Shown here in pieces: positions 9,403-16,330 of a DNA stretch of 29,660 nucleotides. Positions within the stretch are counted from its first letter, which is position 1, and the number at the start of each line of letters is the position of its first letter. The notes beneath the pieces are model-generated. The model was not told where the DNA came from, searched no databases, and was given only the letters and a program-made list of their open reading frames with translations. Made by a program: the position numbers and the translations under genes. This DNA comes from a virus (Duplodnaviria; Caudoviricetes): positions 1-29,660 of the IMG/VR virus record IMGVR_UViG_3300025005_000028; one strand, given 5' to 3'.

Positions 9403-9934
9403 ACTTATCCTTTCTACCTTCTGCTTTCAGCAGCTCGTGAATACGCCTGATTGATTCGATTGACGTGAGTCCCTTTGGCATCATGTAGAAAATATCAGGA
9501 CGCTGTTTGCGAAGTTCCTGAAGCCTGATGCTGCCATCCTCCTCAGTCGTGATCCCCTTGAGTCCTGTCAGACCCTTGATCTTTGGGTTGAACTCGTAGT
9601 CCCTGCGCTTGTCCTCCTTCGCCTTGTCCTTGGCCAACTTGCGCTGGATTGCGGCCTGACTCCTTACTCCACGGAGAGGGGACGCGCGGAACTCTCTGGT
9701 GATCTCCTGGTGCTTCTTGTCGATGACCTTGGCCAGGTAGGCCTCTTGTCCAAGCCCCATGGCCAGAGCTTTCATTTCCAGCCGCTTGGCCATGGTGCGG
9801 GCGCGAGTGGCAACGATCTTGTCCAGTCGTTCCTGATGCCTGCGCTCAACCTCTTCCTCGCTAAGACCTCGCGCGCGCCAGAGGTCTTTCAATGTTTTGC
9901 CAGGTACTGCCAATCCTTTCGACAGGTTGGCCAT
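9383..9934 (-). CDS. Highly basic hypothetical protein
   Basis: 183 aa, K/R-rich and helical; overlaps the TerL start. Confidence 0.7.
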   Translation of the reverse strand: MANLSKGLAVPGKTLKDLWRARGLSEEEVERRHQERLDKIVATRARTMAKRLEMKALAMGLGQEAYLAKVIDKKHQEITREFRASPLRGVRSQAAIQRKLAKDKAKEDKRRDYEFNPKIKGLTGLKGITTEEDGSIRLQELRKQRPDIFYMMPKGLTSIESIRRIHELLKAEGRKDKYGQFFN

Positions 9935-9954
9935 GACGTGAGGTGGAAGCTCAC

Positions 9955-10635
9955 TCAGTTTTTTTTTACCTTGGGAGGCTTGGCAGGAGGCTTGGCTGAG
10001 TAGGCTTTGACAGCTTCATCAATGCTGGCAATATGCTTGGTGATCTTTTTCAGCTTTCTGGTGGCGTTGGCGCTTTCCTGTCTGTCCTCGCGCTCTGCCA
10101 GCTCCTGACCCTGCTTCATCACGGCATCCACTGCCAAGTGCTTTGCTTTGCCAAGTGCGAGGTTCTCCAGCTCTTCGAGAGTCAACTCTTCAAGCTCCCT
10201 GTTGACGCTCTGGGCAATAGGCTTCATCGCTGAAACCTTTGGCATGAACCGCTCTGCCAGCAGAGAGAAGATTCGCATCTGGGCGCTATCCCACTTCTTG
10301 ACACCCGTCATCACAAGGGAAGCATCCTCCATACCCTGAGCAAACACTTCAAAGCCACGGCGGGTTACAGCAGCTATCTCGTCAGGACGGACAGCATTCT
10401 TGGCAAACAGGGAGGCCACGTTGGCAGCCTCCACTTGGCGGCGTTGAATCGCTGGATCGACGTTTTTGTTGAAGTCTGCCAGTGCGTACTTGTTCACGTA
10501 GACTGGCTTGGCGTTGTGGCCAAGTGCTCGTTTGGGTATGCCAGCGCTGGTCTCGAAGGCTGGGATTGCGTCAGGATCAGTTGGACTCGTAGTTGAGGTG
10601 TGATCGTTCCTGACGAGAGTCTTGATCCTTGGCAT
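9955..10635 (-). CDS. Hypothetical protein, terminase small subunit candidate
   Basis: Upstream of TerL; carries the ELEELTLEELENLA motif often seen in the C-terminal part of TerS. Function inferred from position. Confidence 0.55.
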   Translation of the reverse strand: MPRIKTLVRNDHTSTTSPTDPDAIPAFETSAGIPKRALGHNAKPVYVNKYALADFNKNVDPAIQRRQVEAANVASLFAKNAVRPDEIAAVTRRGFEVFAQGMEDASLVMTGVKKWDSAQMRIFSLLAERFMPKVSAMKPIAQSVNRELEELTLEELENLALGKAKHLAVDAVMKQGQELAEREDRQESANATRKLKKITKHIASIDEAVKAYSAKPPAKPPKVKKN

Positions 10636-10637
10636 GG

Positions 10638-10913
10638 TTAGAAACCGAACTGGTGGAGGCTGGCCAGGTACTCCGCGCGCGCCTTCTCCTCAGACGCGAT
10701 GGCAGCTTTCATCTTTTCAAGGTTGTCCAGGATCGCCCCTTGGCAGGCTTGGTACGTCCGTTTTTCTTTCGGAAGGGCAGCATTCAACCGAAGGTAGGTG
10801 ATGTGCTCGTTAAGCGTGTGAGGCGATATGCCCAACTTTTCCTCGACCTGTTTTGCAGTATGTCCAGAGCAGAGCAGTTCGACGATGGAGATGGCAATGG
10901 GAGCGAGGTGCAT
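10638..10913 (-). CDS. LuxR/GerE-like HTH protein
   Basis: ATG at 10913 with AGGA RBS; IVELLCSGHTAKQVEEKLGISPHTLNEHITYLRL matches the LuxR HTH pattern. Confidence 0.7.
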   Translation of the reverse strand: MHLAPIAISIVELLCSGHTAKQVEEKLGISPHTLNEHITYLRLNAALPKEKRTYQACQGAILDNLEKMKAAIASEEKARAEYLASLHQFGF

Positions 10914-10941
10914 GATTTTCCTGTTGGTTGATGAGGATTTG

Positions 10942-10970
10942 ATTATCGCAAAAGTAAGCAATAAAAGCAA
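10942..10970 (-). promoter_or_regulatory. sigma70-like promoter for the leftward packaging/structural operon
   Basis: TTGCTT-N17-GATAAT with an extended -10 TG (TGcGATAAT). Confidence 0.6.
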
Positions 10971-11168
10971 CCTATGTTCGGAAGAATTTACGCTGCTTGT
11001 TGAAATCTTTCGACGTCTTCTGGAGTCGTAACCCTCCTACTCATCCCGTTGCGAAAGATCACGTTCCCAACGAGCATCTCGCCATCGACGGTTGCGAGCT
11101 TCTTTGTGCTGCCTTGGCTCGTGGTGGTCTCAACCTTCTCTGTCTCTTCGATGTCTTGGTTATTGTTC

Positions 11169-11534
11169 TCAACCCCCCTTGGCCATGACCCTTGGCTCGA
11201 ACTCGGCCTTGTTGCTTAAGGCGATGTTGGATCGGCACAGCCTGCCATCAACCGCTATCCGTTCGGCTTTCATGTAGCCACACTCCTCAAGCTGGTCAAA
11301 AGCTCTGGTCACATCCCGACGGTCTATGCCAAGCCTTCTCGATACCCTCCTGGCCGAGATTTCCCAACTTGATTCGTGTAGGAGGATGTAACAAGCAATC
11401 CTGAAAGTGGTCGGTGGCAAGCGTCGATCTTCGGTCATGCTTGCCAAAACGGGGGCGAATGGTTGATCTGTGTGGGCGAAGACGTTCACGGGTGATCCTT
11501 TTGGAAAGTTGAGGGGTGCTACATTTTTACCCAA
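11169..11534 (-). CDS. Winged HTH protein resembling phage replication-initiator N-termini (possibly frameshifted)
   Basis: DRRLPPTTFRIACYIL...SARRVSRRLGIDRRDVTRAFDQLEECGYM; TTG start is uncertain. Confidence 0.65.
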   Translation of the reverse strand: MGKNVAPLNFPKGSPVNVFAHTDQPFAPVLASMTEDRRLPPTTFRIACYILLHESSWEISARRVSRRLGIDRRDVTRAFDQLEECGYMKAERIAVDGRLCRSNIALSNKAEFEPRVMAKGG

Positions 11535-11651
11535 CCCCTACAAAATCACCCCACCCCTACAAAATCACCTCATGACTCAGTGGGTCAATTTCCCTCACCA
11601 CCCCCACATTAGCATAATTACCCCACTCACCAGTGAGGTGATTTGACCCAC
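11534..11651. repeat. Iteron-like direct and inverted repeats
   Basis: ACCCCTACAAAATCACC at 11534-11550 and 11553-11569 (exact copies); 19-nt inverted repeat at 11580-11598 / 11633-11651 (16/19 match). Confidence 0.8.
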
Positions 11652-11695
11652 CCCCTTACCTAAACCAACCTTGGCCATGTTGGTATTTAGCAAAG

Positions 11696-11724
11696 TTGCT
11701 TCCAAAAGCAATTTGATGTAGAAT
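11696..11724 (+). promoter_or_regulatory. sigma70-like promoter upstream of the structured RNA candidate
   Basis: TTGCTT(11696-11701)-N17-TAGAAT(11719-11724); expected +1 near 11731. Confidence 0.7.
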
Positions 11725-11730
11725 TTTTTT

Positions 11731-12130
11731 GTCAAGCGGCGCAACTGCTCGACAAACCAAGAGCCTTTAAGTCTTGGCTTTCAATCCCGTAAGGGACACG
11801 GTTGCGCAGTGGAAAGCCAAGAACCTTAAAGGCTTTTTTCGTTTCAGTTGCGTCGCTTGACCGTACTCCACACGTTAGCAGTGGCCTTGCATGGGGCGCT
11901 TGGAGTCGGACACCGAAACATGGGCACACACACCATGTTCATCGACCAGCCTGTTTGCTAGGGACTGGTGAGCGCTGTTTTGGCAAAGTGGTGAGAAGCC
12001 GGAACAGCGTGAAGCGAATAGCTTGCTCATGGCTTGTTGTCGGTGACGGCAACTATCTGGGCCTCCCCTCATGGATCGTTTGGGAGGTTGGGATCAGAGA
12101 GTGATCGAGGTAGTAATCCTCATCACCCTT
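11731..12130 (+). ncRNA. Candidate ~400-nt structured non-coding RNA, family not recognised
   Basis: About ten helices found by eye, with G-U-compatible mismatches on the + strand, GNRA tetraloops, an upstream promoter and no convincing ORF. Confidence 0.6.
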
Positions 12131-12182
12131 TGCTGAACCTATGGAAAATCCAAAAATGGCAAACTCTAAATTCACGCGCATC

Positions 12183-12249
12183 GCATGTTTGCGCGGTGGG
12201 GCATTTTTGTAAAAAGCATGTTGGCATGGTGGGGCCTTTTTGTAAAAAG
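12183..12249 (+). repeat. 33-nt-period tandem direct repeat
   Basis: GGTGGGGC(A/C)TTTTTGTAAAAAG at 12195-12216 and 12228-12249 (21/22 match), each preceded by GCATGTT. Confidence 0.85.
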
Positions 12250-12366
12250 TGCTGAAAAATGTCGGGGGGATGGGTCACCAATCACACGCGCGCGAACGGC
12301 GGGACGGCCACCACCCCCCCCGAAGTCACCCCCTTTTTTAGGGGAAAACAGCTTTTCCGTAGGAAG

Positions 12367-12386
12367 TTATCCACAGGTTATCCACA
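12367..12386 (+). promoter_or_regulatory. Two tandem consensus DnaA boxes
   Basis: TTATCCACA at 12367-12375 and 12378-12386. Confidence 0.7.
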
Positions 12387-12552
12387 GGCCCGTGCTATAG
12401 AATACATAGTATCCTCCTCACCTCCCGCGCGCTCTCGCGCCCTCGCACGCGCACGCTCGCATTCCCCAAAGGGGAAGGGGTCTCCTTCCCTTTGTCAGCA
12501 ACAGAACGCAGATTCGCTGTGCTTCCGCCTGATGTTTTACAAGGAGTTCTCC

Positions 12553-12945
12553 ATGAGCACGTTCAAATTTCCCAAGGGTTCGACCCTAAACGCAATCTTC
12601 GCCGCCATCAACAGCGGCGTCGCAACGCCCGCTGACGCGCTGGCGTTCCTGGCCGAAAGGGCCGCCGACCAGTCCACGGGCGCTGGACGCCGGGCCGCCA
12701 AGGCGATCGAGCGCATAAAAGATGGCACGTTTAGAGGCTACGAAGTAGCACCGTCAAAAGCGGCCGCGTTCGCCCGCAGTGCGCCAGTGGCGGCGCCAGC
12801 GGCAGCGCCAAAGGCCCCAAAGGCCCCGAAGGCCACAAAGGCCCCGAAGGCCCCTACCGTTCGCTCTCGCCTCCTGGCGATTGAGGGAACGCTGGTGCAG
12901 CAGAATGCCGCACTGAGCAAAATTTGCGAAAAGCTGGGCCTGTAG
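12553..12945 (+). CDS. Ala/Lys/Pro-rich basic protein (histone H1-like repeats)
   Basis: AAGGAG RBS at 12541 and ATG at 12553 (the track ORF from 12259 is over-extended); APKAPKAPKATKAPKAP. Confidence 0.75.
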   Translation: MSTFKFPKGSTLNAIFAAINSGVATPADALAFLAERAADQSTGAGRRAAKAIERIKDGTFRGYEVAPSKAAAFARSAPVAAPAAAPKAPKAPKATKAPKAPTVRSRLLAIEGTLVQQNAALSKICEKLGL

Positions 12946-12962
12946 TAAGCCAGCTCGTCCAG

Positions 12963-12984
12963 AAAGCCGCACACGCGGCTTTTT
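12963..12984 (+). terminator. Rho-independent terminator candidate
   Basis: AAAGCCGC-ACAC-GCGGCTTTTT just after the stop codon. Confidence 0.6.
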
Positions 12985-13078
12985 GGCGTTGGACAGACCA
13001 GCCTGATGCGCATACACCATGCGCATTGGAGTGCTCTGTCGCACAAACGTCCCAGCGTTACCTGGGTAGGAGTACGTC

Positions 13079-13546
13079 ATGTCTGCATCAATCACCTTCG
13101 CGCTGCCCACCAGCAGCTTCCACGTTATTGGCCAGGATTTTGATGCCTGTTCCCTCCACATGGCCAAATCGGGCCGGAGGGTTCACGGGGTAAACCCAAC
13201 CTACCAATACAACGACGTCGTGGGGTACGTGACTGGGACTGTCAAGCTATATAGGTCGTCCAGAGTTGAATACCACAAGGAGGAATATAACGGCAGTACG
13301 TTCCATTTCAGTGGAACGTGGGAGGGGTTAGTCGAAACCCTTCTCACGAGGGATTTCATGCCCGCATTTTGTGGGTCGTCCCCCGGTTGGGTGTCGGGCT
13401 GGATGATGAAGAAGGAGGCCGATTTGCTGGCCAAAATGATACACGGAGGAAGGGTTCAGAAACCCGAATTTGTGGCGTGGGAAAACCAGCCGCGATGGTT
13501 GGTGGCTGTGGACGGGAGAGAGAGGCCAAGGTTGGCCAGGGGGTAA
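13079..13546 (+). CDS. Hypothetical early protein
   Basis: AGGAG RBS, ATG, 155 aa. Confidence 0.7.
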   Translation: MSASITFALPTSSFHVIGQDFDACSLHMAKSGRRVHGVNPTYQYNDVVGYVTGTVKLYRSSRVEYHKEEYNGSTFHFSGTWEGLVETLLTRDFMPAFCGSSPGWVSGWMMKKEADLLAKMIHGGRVQKPEFVAWENQPRWLVAVDGRERPRLARG

Positions 13547-13730
13547 TCCCTTTGGTGCCTTGCGGCGTCAGGGCATGACGGATGTCCAGCGCCGACAGTG
13601 TAGCGCATTGGCTCAGCCAATGCAGTGCTCTGTCCAACCCCATACGACAACACTGAGCCTGGCAACCAGGTCGTGGCATTCCCTACCCTTTAGGTCACGT
13701 AAAAAAGAAAAGGCATTGTCTCGACGCAAG

Positions 13731-13768
13731 GCCCCCATGCGCTGATCACGCACAGGGGCTTTTTTCTT
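13731..13768 (+). terminator. Rho-independent terminator / attenuator candidate
   Basis: GCCCC-ca-TGCG-loop-CGCA-ca-GGGGC followed by TTTTTTCTT. Confidence 0.55.
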
Positions 13769-13810
13769 GCCCGCTTTTGGGCTTTTTCAACCACGCAACC
13801 AGGAGTAATC

Positions 13811-14083
13811 ATGCGTAAATCTCACAATGTCAAGGCCATTGGCCAATGTTTCAACCGTCAGACCGAGGTGTTCGAGCCGGAGGTCTCATTTATGCGGGCT
13901 CTACCGTCTGTGGCAACAGTTATCACGACAAGACACGTGATAGCCGACCGAGCCAAGGCTGCCGAGCTGGCCGAATTGGTGCGAGAGCACTTCGGTTCAA
14001 TACCCGTGTTTACGTTCGTTAAGAGGGAAGTCTCCCTCGACTTCTGTCTGCCCGGCGAGCTTGGCCAACGCATCGCCAGCTAA
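13811..14083 (+). CDS. Hypothetical early protein
   Basis: AGGAG RBS, ATG, 90 aa. Confidence 0.7.
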   Translation: MRKSHNVKAIGQCFNRQTEVFEPEVSFMRALPSVATVITTRHVIADRAKAAELAELVREHFGSIPVFTFVKREVSLDFCLPGELGQRIAS

Positions 14084-14098
14084 GTTTTGTCACGTTCG

Positions 14099-14133
14099 TT
14101 GCATTCGTTGCATACGAATGCGATAATATGCAA
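14099..14133 (+). promoter_or_regulatory. sigma70-like promoter with an embedded palindrome
   Basis: TTGCAT-N17-GATAAT with extended -10 TG; perfect inverted repeat GCATTCGT-N5-ACGAATGC at 14101-14121. Confidence 0.7.
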
Positions 14134-14161
14134 TCATCAACAATTAAAAGGAGTGAGTGAC

Positions 14162-14320
14162 ATGGCAACACCATACAACACGGGCAAGGTCTTGATCGGC
14201 ATTGCCTACCAACCACGGCCAGCGCCCATCGGGGGCGACATGGTCAAGATTCAAACAGGCTTGCTCGACAAGAGCAAGCCTGCCCATTGGCTCCTCGAGC
14301 TTATCTGGAGGTTGCTATGA
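14162..14320 (+). CDS. Small hypothetical protein (52 aa)
   Basis: AAGGAG RBS; MATPYNTGKVLIGIAYQP...; ATGA overlap with the next gene. Confidence 0.7.
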   Translation: MATPYNTGKVLIGIAYQPRPAPIGGDMVKIQTGLLDKSKPAHWLLELIWRLL

Positions 14321-14565
14321 GCGGCCTACTTAATGAACCAGAGGACGTTCAATGGCTGCTCCACGCCCACCTCAAGGGGATGAATGTTGCGCCCTTTCGC
14401 AGCTTCATCTTGGTGGGCAATGAGGACTGCCCGGAATCCGTGTTTCTGTACGAGGACTCAGACCCTCTCATTACAGACAAGGCGCGCATCGTCAACCTTG
14501 TATCTATGAAGGAGGCAGCCAGTAAGCTGGGGGATGAGGTCGAAATACCAGAGGAGCTGAAATGA
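14317..14565 (+). CDS. Hypothetical protein
   Basis: GGAGG RBS, ATG at 14317, coupled on both sides. Confidence 0.7.
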   Translation: MSGLLNEPEDVQWLLHAHLKGMNVAPFRSFILVGNEDCPESVFLYEDSDPLITDKARIVNLVSMKEAASKLGDEVEIPEELK

Positions 14566-15128
14566 AAACAACACTGAACAAAATACGCGCCCACAGTCCC
14601 TGTAAAGAGGGTTGGGAAAAGCTGCTCAAGAACCTCGGAAAGACCAAGGCTGATGACGAGCCATTGCTGATCACCACGATCCTTGATAGCAATGGCTTGG
14701 ATGACGCGCTGTGGTGCATGAGAGCTGTCGATGGACGGGACAAAGAGATCAGGCTGTACGCAGTCTGGTGTATACGTCAAGTCCAGCACTTGGTACAAGA
14801 CCCCCGCAGCCTGGCAGCGTTGGACGTAGCAGAAAGGTTCGCCAACAGCGAAGCTACAGAAGAGGAGCTGGCTGAAGCGAGGGATGCTGCAAGGGATGCT
14901 GCGTGGGATGCTGCGGGGAATGCTACGAGGGGCGCTGCGTGGGCTGCTGGGAGTGCTGCCGGGGGCGCTGCGTGGGCTGCTGCGTGGGCTGCTGTGGGTG
15001 CTGTGGGGGCTGCTGCGTGGGCTGCGGAGGATGCTGCGTGGGGTAAGGCGAGGGAGGCGGCGAGGGAAATACAAGCAGACTATCTGAGAGTCGTCTGCGC
15101 AGAAATTGAAATGAGGGGTGAGGCATGA
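14562..15128 (+). CDS. Phage protein with Imm5-like region and AAWAA low-complexity repeats
   Basis: TTLNKIRAHSPC..GW.KLL..LGK...DDEPL....ILDSNGLDDALW, then DPRS.AALDVAERFA...AT.EEL..AR and Ala/Trp repeats. Confidence 0.75.
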   Translation: MKTTLNKIRAHSPCKEGWEKLLKNLGKTKADDEPLLITTILDSNGLDDALWCMRAVDGRDKEIRLYAVWCIRQVQHLVQDPRSLAALDVAERFANSEATEEELAEARDAARDAAWDAAGNATRGAAWAAGSAAGGAAWAAAWAAVGAVGAAAWAAEDAAWGKAREAAREIQADYLRVVCAEIEMRGEA

Positions 15129-15289
15129 ACATCATCGACTACAAGTACCGCTTCGTTATACATCTCAAATCAGGTGATTCGATTGAGTGGCTCAACCTCA
15201 CTCAGTCTGAAGTGGACTGGCTCAACGGGTTCATGCTTCGTGCCCAGCCCCGAGGATGGCAGCGTATCGCATGGGAGGTTATGCCATGA
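15125..15289 (+). CDS. Small hypothetical protein (54 aa, not in track)
   Basis: Manual translation MNIIDYKYRFVIHLKSGDSIEWLNL...WEVMP; ATGA overlaps at both ends. Confidence 0.7.
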   Translation: MNIIDYKYRFVIHLKSGDSIEWLNLTQSEVDWLNGFMLRAQPRGWQRIAWEVMP

Positions 15290-15639
15290 GAGTCACCGCC
15301 CACATATACGCCCCACCCGGACGTGGAGAGTACATCGAGAAGCACTTCGACATGGCCGACAGCGCAATGCCTGCATCGCAGGATGAGTTCATTGCCCGCT
15401 CAACCCGTGCTCTGAAGCACTTCTGGCCGAGGTGGAAGGCCACCAAAGCAAAGACCCTCAAGCTGTGCGAGAAGAGCACGGTCGTTGAAGGCGAAAGTTG
15501 GCGTGTGGAGTGGGCCACTGATGCCCACATCGCAGCGATGGACGCCTTCACCAGGGAGCACATCAAGCAATCATCCACCTTGGGCGACCTGTTCAAGGCG
15601 GCAGCATTTTTTCAACCACTGAAGGAGTTATCTCTATGA
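15286..15639 (+). CDS. Hypothetical protein
   Basis: GGAGG RBS; ATG at 15286 overlaps the previous stop codon. Confidence 0.7.
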   Translation: MRVTAHIYAPPGRGEYIEKHFDMADSAMPASQDEFIARSTRALKHFWPRWKATKAKTLKLCEKSTVVEGESWRVEWATDAHIAAMDAFTREHIKQSSTLGDLFKAAAFFQPLKELSL

Positions 15640-15998
15640 TATCAGAAGATGCGACAGTAGCTCTGCGCCAAGCCTTTGGCATGATAGATGGATACAAAGA
15701 ACGCAAGGGTGCCGTGTGGGCCAGAGACCCCGACGGGAAACCAATTCCGATTGCGTTTGATAAAAAGACGAAGCAGCCGTTCGTCTGCGACAACCAACGC
15801 CAGGGGGTCAAGCTGGTCATGGAGTACATCTGCTCGCTTGCCATCAGCTCACTCATTGATCGTGATACCAAGCTGTTCGTCCCGATGCCAGAGGACTTCA
15901 TGTACGTCTTCACGGAGGATGTGGACGATGAAGGCGACGAGATCATGGTCACGTCCGATGCAATCGACATCATCAGCAGAGCGAAAGGCAAAAAATGA
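15636..15998 (+). CDS. Hypothetical protein
   Basis: AAGGAG RBS, ATGA overlap, 120 aa. Confidence 0.75.
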   Translation: MISEDATVALRQAFGMIDGYKERKGAVWARDPDGKPIPIAFDKKTKQPFVCDNQRQGVKLVMEYICSLAISSLIDRDTKLFVPMPEDFMYVFTEDVDDEGDEIMVTSDAIDIISRAKGKK

Positions 15999-16099
15999 AA
16001 CAGGACAGCATTGACTACATCGACGATCTCCGTGTAGCCGCATGGTGGGTGGTGATCGCATACACAGTCGTCGTTCTGTTTTGGTGGTTGCTTTCGTGA
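15995..16099 (+). CDS. Small single-pass membrane protein (34 aa, not in track)
   Basis: MKQDSIDYIDDLRVAAWWVVIAYTVVVLFWWLLS; ATGA and GTGA overlaps. Confidence 0.6.
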   Translation: MKQDSIDYIDDLRVAAWWVVIAYTVVVLFWWLLS

Positions 16100-16233
16100 G
16101 CAACCAACGCGGCGATCTGCTGCGTCTTTGCAGCAAATGCAAGGCGATCAAGGTGCCAGAGGGAGGGTGCCAGATGAGCACAACCCGCTGGTACTGCTAC
16201 GCCTGCTACCGAAGCTACCTCTTCCGCAAATAA
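16096..16233 (+). CDS. Small zinc-finger protein (45 aa)
   Basis: GTG start overlapping the previous TGA; CSKC...WYCYAC. Confidence 0.6.
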   Translation: MSNQRGDLLRLCSKCKAIKVPEGGCQMSTTRWYCYACYRSYLFRK

Positions 16234-16330
16234 CCCAGCACAAGCCAGCCTGATGCGCTTCAGCAATGGAGCGTATTGGAGTGGCACGTTCATTCGCCTC
16301 GGCCACAGGGGCACAACCAGGAGTTTTGAT

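Noticed and set aside
11731-11865. HEARO/omegaRNA of IscB (GTCAA...TTGACC ends)
   Set aside because: Only the termini resemble it, and no IscB, IsrB or TnpB ORF is nearby.
11534-12249. CRISPR array (given the Cas4-like gene)
   Set aside because: Each repeat has only two copies, without spacer-length unique sequences.
11732-12400. Short track ORFs across the control region
   Set aside because: No clear RBS and atypical composition; RNA structure and repeats explain the region better.
12259-12552. N-terminal 98 codons of the 228-aa track ORF
   Set aside because: They span regulatory repeats; a strong RBS marks ATG 12553 as the start.
12998-13040. Hammerhead ribozyme (CTGATG)
   Set aside because: The sequence is CTGATGC rather than CTGANGA, lies within a stem, and lacks the GAAA core.
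14349-15074. 241-aa minus-strand ORF with PRS repeats
   Set aside because: Antisense shadow of the Ala/Trp repeat gene.
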